Source: a virus
Taxonomy: Duplodnaviria; Caudoviricetes
Strand: one strand, 5' to 3'
Virus record (IMG/VR): IMGVR_UViG_3300014204_000188
Coordinates: 2,002-66,001 of that record
Length of the DNA stretch: 64,000 nucleotides
Shown: piece by piece, positions 56,967-64,000 of the stretch
How the letters are laid out: the number at the start of each line of letters is the position of its first letter
Numbering within the stretch: the first letter of the stretch is position 1
Program-made: the position numbers and the translations under genes
Notes under the pieces: model-generated
The model's database searches: none
What the model was told of the DNA's origin: nothing
What the model saw: only the letters and a program-made list of their open reading frames with translations

Positions 56967-58906
56967 ATGGAAACCAAATTGTTTAAAGTGACATCAAATC
57001 AACATGAAGGTCATTTATTTAAAATAGGAGAAGTAGTTGAATTAGTAACAGAAACATTCCTTTTCAACCGACTAAAACGATACAAAAGTGTTGAAAGTAA
57101 AATGGAACAATACTTATTTCCAGAAGAAATTGAACCTATTAACTCTACACAATTATGAAACCAATTCCAAAAAATATCAAAGCGGCTAAAAAGCTGATTG
57201 AAAAATATCGTGAAATCACGATTGAAGACATGAACTTAAACATACCAGTTAAATATTTAGCAAACACACTTACTGGGTTTGGTTCTTATCAAACCTGTAC
57301 ATTATGTACAAATACCCTTCCGTGGAATACATTGACTCCATCTAATTTGAAACGTCAAATAGCGTGTGATTTATGTATTTATTATGTAAATGAGAACCAC
57401 CGACCCGCGGTTATGTATTGTACCGATCATATAACATATCAAAACATAGTTAATGCTCGAACAAAAAAACAACTACTAAAAGCTTTCAAAGAGCGTGCTG
57501 ATTATATTGAAAAAATATTGATTGATAACAATTGGAAAAATGAACAATAAATGAAAACAATCAAACTAATCTTACAATTACTTATGGCATTCCTTGGAAT
57601 GCTATGTATTTTCTATGGCCATGGATTTCATGAATCCATAATATTCTTTCTTGGAGTAATACTAATCATACCTTTTCTTTACAGAATCATTAAATCATCA
57701 AAATGAAAACCTACCCACGTCCGATTTACATAATTGCTGCTGAAATTAAAGCAGATTGGAAAAATATATGGTATGGTGCTAAACCATATCTACAAGCTAT
57801 GTCTCAACTAGATTCTATTGAAGATACCTACGGCGAATCATCTGCAAAAAGTATTATTTTATACTTCCTTAGTAACGCAGAATATTGGCGAGGAAATACC
57901 GCCCAACGAATCAAGAAAGAGTTAAACACTTTAATCAAATAATCCACTAACTATTAAAACAATACACACAATGTCAAAAAAAATTCGTAAATCAATCCAA
58001 GCTGTAACAGCTGAAATTGAAGCAAAACACCCTATCATTCCAGAACCAAAAATAATAACCAGAACTGTTTTGTCACAGAACTCTACAGAAGCGAAAATGA
58101 TTTTAGCAAAAGCAGAAAAGCCACTGGCTGGCCCAAAGAAACTTGCCGCAGCTATCAAAAACAATGCTCCTAAATCTATTCCAACAACTCACACCGAAAT
58201 GATTGAAAAAGTTATAGGTGCTACTAAGAAAATTCCAATGGCCAAAGAGATTGACCCAGTTATTCTAAAAACAGGACCTTGGGAAGAAATATTACCAAAG
58301 ATCCTGGAAATTACATCTGCCCGTAAATCAAAAATGATCTATACTAAAGGAACAGTTAAAACGCACATCAAGTACAGACAAAACCAGAATGATATTCGTT
58401 TCAACAACTATGATACAGATAAAAACGGTGTTTTTGTTAATCAACAAAAATAACCATTGATTTTTTGGTATTTAAAAAGAAATATCTTTAATTTTATATC
58501 TTTAATTTCTAAGTTTTTAACCTTTAAAAATCAATTGCTTATGAAAACATTCAATTTTCTTCTGGGTTTATGCTTGCTTTGTCTTTTTAGCATGACAATA
58601 ACAGAATCCACAAGTAAACCAACCTGGGATGGAGGACCAGGAATTACCATTGTTACTAATTCTATTATAAACAATGATTTACAACTTCCAACAACGCTCT
58701 CCATTTCCAATCCTGAAGTATCAAATTACACTTTAACTACCAAGAAGGAAACAATGGGATCCGGAGAATTAAGATATCAACCTAATTTTCTATATACTAG
58801 TTACTTTACAAATGATTTAAATTACAATCACTCAAAGAAAACTAATTCGCAGTTAAAACAAAGAAAAGTGAGGTGTTTACTAATCTTTGACTCATTCATT
58901 GTTTAA
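56967..58906 (+). CDS. early hypothetical ORFs (56967-57158, 57155-57550 Cys-rich, 57703-57942, 57971-58453, 58540-58906 signal-peptide-like)
   Basis: ORF track; 57703 has the conserved-looking AKPYLQAM..L.SI.D.YG..SA.SI..YFL.NA..WRG pattern. Confidence 0.55.
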
Positions 58907-58930
58907 CAATATATAGAGAAAGATGCAGAA

Positions 58931-58962
58931 AAGGGAGTCATTCCAGTGACTCCCTTTATTTT
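58931..58962 (+). terminator. rho-independent terminator
   Basis: AAGGGAGTCA-ttccag-TGACTCCCTT then TATTTT. Confidence 0.8.
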
Positions 58963-59052
58963 CGAGAGAATAGTTTAAATCGGTAAAATTAAAAACCAAC
59001 AAATTTTTAGATAGAAGTTCAAATCTTCTTTCTCTCACTAATCATTAATCAC

Positions 59053-60702
59053 ATGATTCCCAAAACTAATAAAACGGTAAACTTACTATCCGGTGAAAAA
59101 TCTCAAATAAAAATTTTATGTCCTTTGGATAAAATAGAAATCACCCGGATTCGAAGTATTACAGGCAGTAAATTCTATTGGAATAATCAACATGGATATT
59201 GGATAACCCCTCTTACTTATAATTCTTTAAAACGGCTTAAATCATGGGGATATATTTTAGATGAACCGTTAAACAATCTTCTAAATAAAAGTAACAAATC
59301 ACTTCCATCAAAACTAAACCATGATATTTACATTCCAGGGTTAAAACATGAACTACGCCCATTTCAAAAGATAGCAGTGAATTTTCTCGAATATACTGAT
59401 GGAAACGCCCTCATTGCTGATGAAATGGGACTTGGGAAAACGATTGAAGCCATTGCCTATCTACAATTACATCCTGAACTAAAACCAGTCATAATTGTAT
59501 GCCCAGGATCACTAAAAGAAAACTGGAAACAAGAAATACTAAAATGGATGACTTTTCCAAAAGTTAGAATACTAAACGGACAAACCCCAACGAAAACTCT
59601 AATAGGAAATATATTTATTATCAATTATGATATTATACATTCCTGGAGAAAAATACTAAAAAAACTAAATGCTCAGATACTTATTGCCGACGAATGTCAT
59701 TTTTTCAAAAACAATAGTGCTGATCGTACTCAAACAATCAAACGCTTAACAAAAACAATCCCACATATCATTGGATTATCTGGTACACCAATAGAAAACA
59801 GACCTTTAGATATCTTCAATATTGCTAATATTCTTGATCCTATTACTTTTCCAGATAGAGTACAATTCTGCGTACGTTACTGTGATAGAAAGTATAGTAA
59901 ATTAGGATGGGATGATAGTGGAGCTTCTAATACTATTGAACTTCATGAGAAGCTAATCAATTCTATTATGATCCGACGAAAGAAAAAAGATGTATTGCCA
60001 GAACTTCCTGATAAAACATATTCATATGTACCAATTGAACTCGATAATAAAAAAGAGTATCAAGAAGCACAAATGGATTTTATCAACTTTGTTGAAAAAA
60101 ATAAAGGTGCCATTGCTGCGGAAAAAGCATTACGAGCACAAGCATTAACCAAAATAGAAACCTTAAAACAACTTGCAATCAAAGGTAAATTTAAACATGC
60201 CATAAACTGGATTAAAGAATTTTTAGAAGTAGAAAATAAACTGGTAATCATATGTATTCACACAGAAATAATTACCGGAATAATATCTGCCTTCCCTGAT
60301 ATTTCTGTGAAAATAGATGGTTCAATTGCCACGAACAAAAGACAATCCATCGTACACAAATTTCAAACTGATCCATCTATCAAACTTTGTATTATCAACG
60401 TAGAAGCTGGTGGTGTTGGGATTACCTTAACTGCAGCGTATAACGTGGCTGTACTTGAATTACCTTGGAATCCTGGAAAACTAACTCAAGCCATTGATAG
60501 AATACACAGAATTGGTCAACTTAAAGGAGTGTTAGTTCATTTCCTTCTGGCAGTAAATACTATTGAACAACGATTAGCATGGATATTAGATAGAAAAACA
60601 AAAATAAGTAATGAAATACTTAACGGGGAACCATTAGAAAAAGAAGTATTACTAACCGAATTAATACAATCATATACTACTCAAACATTATGGAAAACTT
60701 AA
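59053..60702 (+). CDS. SNF2/SWI2-family helicase (HARP-like)
   Basis: LIADEMGLGKT, IADECH, LSGTPIEN, GGVGITLT, QAIDRIHRIGQ. Confidence 0.92.
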   Translation: MIPKTNKTVNLLSGEKSQIKILCPLDKIEITRIRSITGSKFYWNNQHGYWITPLTYNSLKRLKSWGYILDEPLNNLLNKSNKSLPSKLNHDIYIPGLKHELRPFQKIAVNFLEYTDGNALIADEMGLGKTIEAIAYLQLHPELKPVIIVCPGSLKENWKQEILKWMTFPKVRILNGQTPTKTLIGNIFIINYDIIHSWRKILKKLNAQILIADECHFFKNNSADRTQTIKRLTKTIPHIIGLSGTPIENRPLDIFNIANILDPITFPDRVQFCVRYCDRKYSKLGWDDSGASNTIELHEKLINSIMIRRKKKDVLPELPDKTYSYVPIELDNKKEYQEAQMDFINFVEKNKGAIAAEKALRAQALTKIETLKQLAIKGKFKHAINWIKEFLEVENKLVIICIHTEIITGIISAFPDISVKIDGSIATNKRQSIVHKFQTDPSIKLCIINVEAGGVGITLTAAYNVAVLELPWNPGKLTQAIDRIHRIGQLKGVLVHFLLAVNTIEQRLAWILDRKTKISNEILNGEPLEKEVLLTELIQSYTTQTLWKT

Positions 60703-61160
60703 ATCTAATCAGAAAAATTGCATGGTCATTCCATCAATCCACAGGTATTGATTATAATGAATTATTCAGTGAAGCCTGTCTGGCATACTGTGAAGCTTTA
60801 CAATCATTTAATCAAGAAAAAAGTTCACTAAGTTACTACTCTTGGATAGTAATAACCAGCCAACTGAAAAACTTTATAAGAAAAGAAAAAAAACAAAAAT
60901 GCATCTATCTGGAGGATAGATTGCCCAAAGGATGTGTTTGCTATCAGAAAACTCCATTCTCTGATATCTTTAATTCGTTGACACCATCTTGTCAGGAATT
61001 AGTAACATTTATTCTACAACATATTGATTCTATACCTGATGAAATTCCACCTAAGATGGCCCGAGGAAGAATTATAAGATTACTAAGACAAAACGGTTGG
61101 AAATGGCAAAAAATTGAAACAAGCATGAAAAAATTAAAGATAGAATTGAATAAGATATAA
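60690..61160 (+). CDS. sigma-70 region 2-containing phage sigma-like factor
   Basis: NLNLIRKIAW....IDYNELFSEA.LA...A...FN..K..LSYY. Confidence 0.65.
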   Translation: MENLNLIRKIAWSFHQSTGIDYNELFSEACLAYCEALQSFNQEKSSLSYYSWIVITSQLKNFIRKEKKQKCIYLEDRLPKGCVCYQKTPFSDIFNSLTPSCQELVTFILQHIDSIPDEIPPKMARGRIIRLLRQNGWKWQKIETSMKKLKIELNKI

Positions 61161-61180
61161 ATAATTTTTATTATAATTCT

Positions 61181-62089
61181 ATGGATATAATTCAACTTTA
61201 CGAAGATTATAACATTCCAACAGCACCTATAGGACATAAACATTCTCGTCCAGGTTGGGTTAATGTAGAATGCCCCTTCTGTATAATTGAACATCCTGGA
61301 TATCATCTGGGAGCAACATTAGATGGAAAAATCTTTTACTGTTGGAAATGTGGAATTCATTGGCCCGGCGAAAGTATTGCCAAATTACTTAGTGTAACTC
61401 AATATGAGGCAGATAGACTTATTAAAGAATATTCAGGTACCTCAATACCACGCACCATTGAAAAAGTTAGGATTCAACCTACTATCCAACAATTACCAAG
61501 TGATGTACTTCCTTTACTTCAATCACATAAAACCTACCTTCAAAACAAAAGAAATTTTGATGCCGAAAAAATTGAAAGATTATGGAATCTAGTAAGTACT
61601 GGACCCGTGTCTTATCTGGGAAAAACTAATTATGGACATAGGATCTTAGCACCTATCTATTGGGAAAATCAAAGAGTTACTTTTCAAGCCCGAGATGTTA
61701 CTGAAAAACATCCGAAAAAATATTTAGCATGCCCTGAAGATTATGAGATTATTAAACATAAACACATAATTTACAAACATCCTAATTTTCATGAATTAAC
61801 TACTATCTGTGTAGAAGGTATTACCGATGTATGGAGATTCGGTACATCTGCAGTAGCCACATTTGGAATTGAATATACCAACCAACAAGTCAGATTATTA
61901 TCCCAACTGTATACCCGTATTGGTGTATGCTTCGATGGTAATGAAATTACTGCCAAACGACAAGCCGATAAACTAATATCTGATTTACGATTTAGAAAAG
62001 TAGATTCCTTTCGTATAGATATTACTGGAGATCCTGGCGGATTATCCCAAGAAGAAGCTGATTATATTGTTAAACAAATAATACCATGA
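61181..62089 (+). CDS. DNA primase (Zn finger + TOPRIM)
   Basis: CPFC..H..CWKC, CVEGITD, CFDG, DPG. Confidence 0.85.
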   Translation: MDIIQLYEDYNIPTAPIGHKHSRPGWVNVECPFCIIEHPGYHLGATLDGKIFYCWKCGIHWPGESIAKLLSVTQYEADRLIKEYSGTSIPRTIEKVRIQPTIQQLPSDVLPLLQSHKTYLQNKRNFDAEKIERLWNLVSTGPVSYLGKTNYGHRILAPIYWENQRVTFQARDVTEKHPKKYLACPEDYEIIKHKHIIYKHPNFHELTTICVEGITDVWRFGTSAVATFGIEYTNQQVRLLSQLYTRIGVCFDGNEITAKRQADKLISDLRFRKVDSFRIDITGDPGGLSQEEADYIVKQIIP

Positions 62090-63302
62090 GAACAGAAAAA
62101 GAATTACTGATTGTTTTACGAGATCATTTAGAAACCATTAAAAAACAAAATGAACAAAACGGGTTAAATCCTAATTTTATAGAGTATGGTTTCTGCCATG
62201 AAATAGACGTATTACAGAATATAGGAGTATTTACAGACGGTGAACAAGTAGATTTAATGAATTACCTGGATAGTCATCGACCAAAACGAGGAAAACATTA
62301 TGATCATTCCCATCGTAATTGTTCATATTGGTGGACCAGAACATTATTAAAACCCAGATTAGCTTGGTTAAATGATCAAATTAAAAATTATCATAAACCT
62401 AAAACAAAATAGTATGAAAACAATATTAATTAAACGCGTGATTATCAATTCTGAGTTTTATGATGTGATAGATTATAAAAGTATCACCGACCACCTTTAT
62501 CTTTTAGTAATCAATGCGGATAAAAGTAAAGAATTTTGGATTAATATTTCTGACTGCCGGATTTGGGATATGGAAGTAATACCAATAAAATTAAAATAAT
62601 ATGGATACTTGGGCAACTTTTATAATGGTAATGTTTCTTATTCAAAAAATGAGTGAATTATCCCCGGAAGAATTATCAAAATTCATAGAAAATTCTATCA
62701 AAAAATCAAAACAATAAATTAAACTAAGTAATATGAGAACAGAAAAAAAACTATTAGTTTTAGTTCGTGATGAACTTAAAACAAATCCTAAAAGTTTAAC
62801 ACATGGACTTTGTTCATTTTGTAAAGACCTTTTAGTATGTAATAAGATTACTTACTATGAATTCAGAATATTACTACGCTATATAAGTTCACATGAACCT
62901 AAGAAAAAGTATGTGTATAATAACAACTATTATTGGTGCCCGGGAGAAGTAAAACCAAGACTCAACTGGCTAAATCATCAAATTAAATTTCATTGGTTTT
63001 ATTCATAAAAAAAGATGATTCATGTTTATAAAATTACATTGTAAGTAAAACAATAAACTTATAACCACAAAAACTGAAAAAAGAATTACTAATTTTAATA
63101 CTAAAATATAACTATTATGGATTCTTCTAACAGTAAAAACCTAAAAGAAACTCATTCAATCCCAATGGATGACAATTTTCTAAACAAAGTTGGAAATTCT
63201 TACTATACCAAATGGAAAGAATTAAACAAAGTTCAAAAAAAGGAGTTTAAAAAAGAAATTCTTTGGTGGATCAAGTTGCTTAATAAAAATTTAACTTTTT
63301 GA
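62086..63302 (+). CDS. small ORFs incl. RTEK-family paralogs (62086-62412, 62733-63008) and others (62372-62599, 63117-63302)
   Basis: MRTEK.LL..LRD.L...G.C....YW....KPRL.WLN.QIK shared. Confidence 0.6.
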
Positions 63303-63378
63303 AATTCAACGATTTAAAAAATAATTATGAAAAATATTTTTTTTATTCTAAAATACTTTTTATAATTATATTCGAATT

Positions 63379-63509
63379 AAAGATTTTTGCGAAATGTACA
63401 AAAACATTTACATAAAAATATTGCCTTCACTGGTGGACTGCTACATTTGTACATCTTACCTCGCAAGTAATCTTTCTAACCGTACTTTCTACTGGTGAAG
63501 GCTTTTTAT
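63379..63509 (+). promoter_or_regulatory. structured 5' leader (pseudoknot or alternative helices) of the replication gene
   Basis: Helices 63394-402/63446-54, 63387-92/63461-66, 63379-85/63469-75, and 15-bp 63423-37/63488-502 followed by a T-run. Confidence 0.55.
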
Positions 63510-63512
63510 ACT

Positions 63513-64000
63513 ATGGCTAAAAGATTCATGGATACGGATAAATATAAGGATCCATTCATTAGAAGCCTTCCTGGAGCATATAAACTGTTATGGGATTATA
63601 TTAACCTCACTTGTGATCATGCTGGAATATGGATTGTTGATTTCGAAATCGCACAGTTGTATCTGGGACAAGATATGCCTATTGATGCTACAACAGCATT
63701 AACATTGTTTAATAAGAATGAAATTCATATAATTGTATCATCTGATAATTCAAGATGGTTTATTCCATCATTTGTTGAATATCAGTATGGTGAATTAGAT
63801 GAAAAAAATAGGGTTCATAATTCAGTAATAGAACTCTTGAAAAAGTATGATTTTTTAAATAAAATAGAAAGTAAAAATAAGCCCCTTAAAAGCCCCTTAG
63901 AAGGGGCTAAGGATAAGGATAAGGATAAAGACAAGGATAATTCTTTAATTGAAAAGATCATTCTTCTTCCAGAATTCATATCATGGAATTTATCCATGCC
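63513..64000 (+). CDS. phage replication-initiator/replisome-organiser-like protein (3' truncated)
   Basis: Manually read MAKRFMDTDKYKDPFIRSL..YKLLWDYI..CDHAGIW; linker KPLKSPLEGAKDKDKDKDKD; open to the window end. Confidence 0.6.
   Translation, partial: MAKRFMDTDKYKDPFIRSLPGAYKLLWDYINLTCDHAGIWIVDFEIAQLYLGQDMPIDATTALTLFNKNEIHIIVSSDNSRWFIPSFVEYQYGELDEKNRVHNSVIELLKKYDFLNKIESKNKPLKSPLEGAKDKDKDKDKDNSLIEKIILLPEFISWNLSM
63879..63938. repeat. iteron-like direct/inverted repeats in the initiator gene
   Basis: AAGCCCCTTA x2 (63879, 63890), inverted AAGGGGCT (63901), aaggat-type x5. Confidence 0.6.

Noticed and set aside
1605-63997. Numerous short antisense or alternate-frame ORFs in the track (e.g. 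1605, 1989, 10673, 20004, 33014, 50925, 63815)
   Set aside because: They fully overlap motif-supported genes on the other strand or frame.
1-64000. Stop-codon reassignment, DGR, integrase
   Set aside because: Conserved genes are full length under code 11; no reverse transcriptase or TR/VR pair and no recombinase motif were recognised in the window.

Overview
AT-rich tailed-phage (siphovirus-like) DNA, probably from a Bacteroidota-type host. The host call is an inference from A-rich SD-less initiation regions and Sec signal peptides with Gln at +1. Layout: (1) 1-24.5 kb, + strand: DnaB C-terminus; a 7-deazaguanine DNA-modification cluster (queD, queE, folE, a truncated queC, dpdA) interleaved with a radical SAM enzyme, a methyltransferase, a PIG-L deacetylase and a GT-B glycosyltransferase; sliding clamp, split UDG/exo + PolA polymerase, clamp loader, SSB, RecA, RuvC, split SbcC with SbcD; then many small ORFs. 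(2) 24.7-53.6 kb, - strand: terminase, portal, MuF fusion, protease/scaffold, capsid, a six-gene glycan-tailoring cassette, neck/tail genes, tape measure, large tail proteins and lysis genes. (3) 53.7-58.9 kb, + strand: an early-like region whose intergenic spaces hold structured RNAs, namely three intact type I hammerhead ribozymes and one degenerate copy, T-loop tRNA-like elements, and a ~390-nt ornate ncRNA. (4) 59-64 kb: SNF2 helicase, sigma-like factor, primase and a replication-initiator gene with a pseudoknot-capable leader. A 197-nt tRNA-like RNA with greatly expanded anticodon and variable arms lies upstream of recA. The best candidates for undescribed biology are the ribozyme/tRNA-mimic punctuation of the early transcript, the expanded tRNA-like RNA, the extended deazaguanine pathway and the virion glycan cassette. 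All calls come from motif reading and manual base-pairing; no searches were run.
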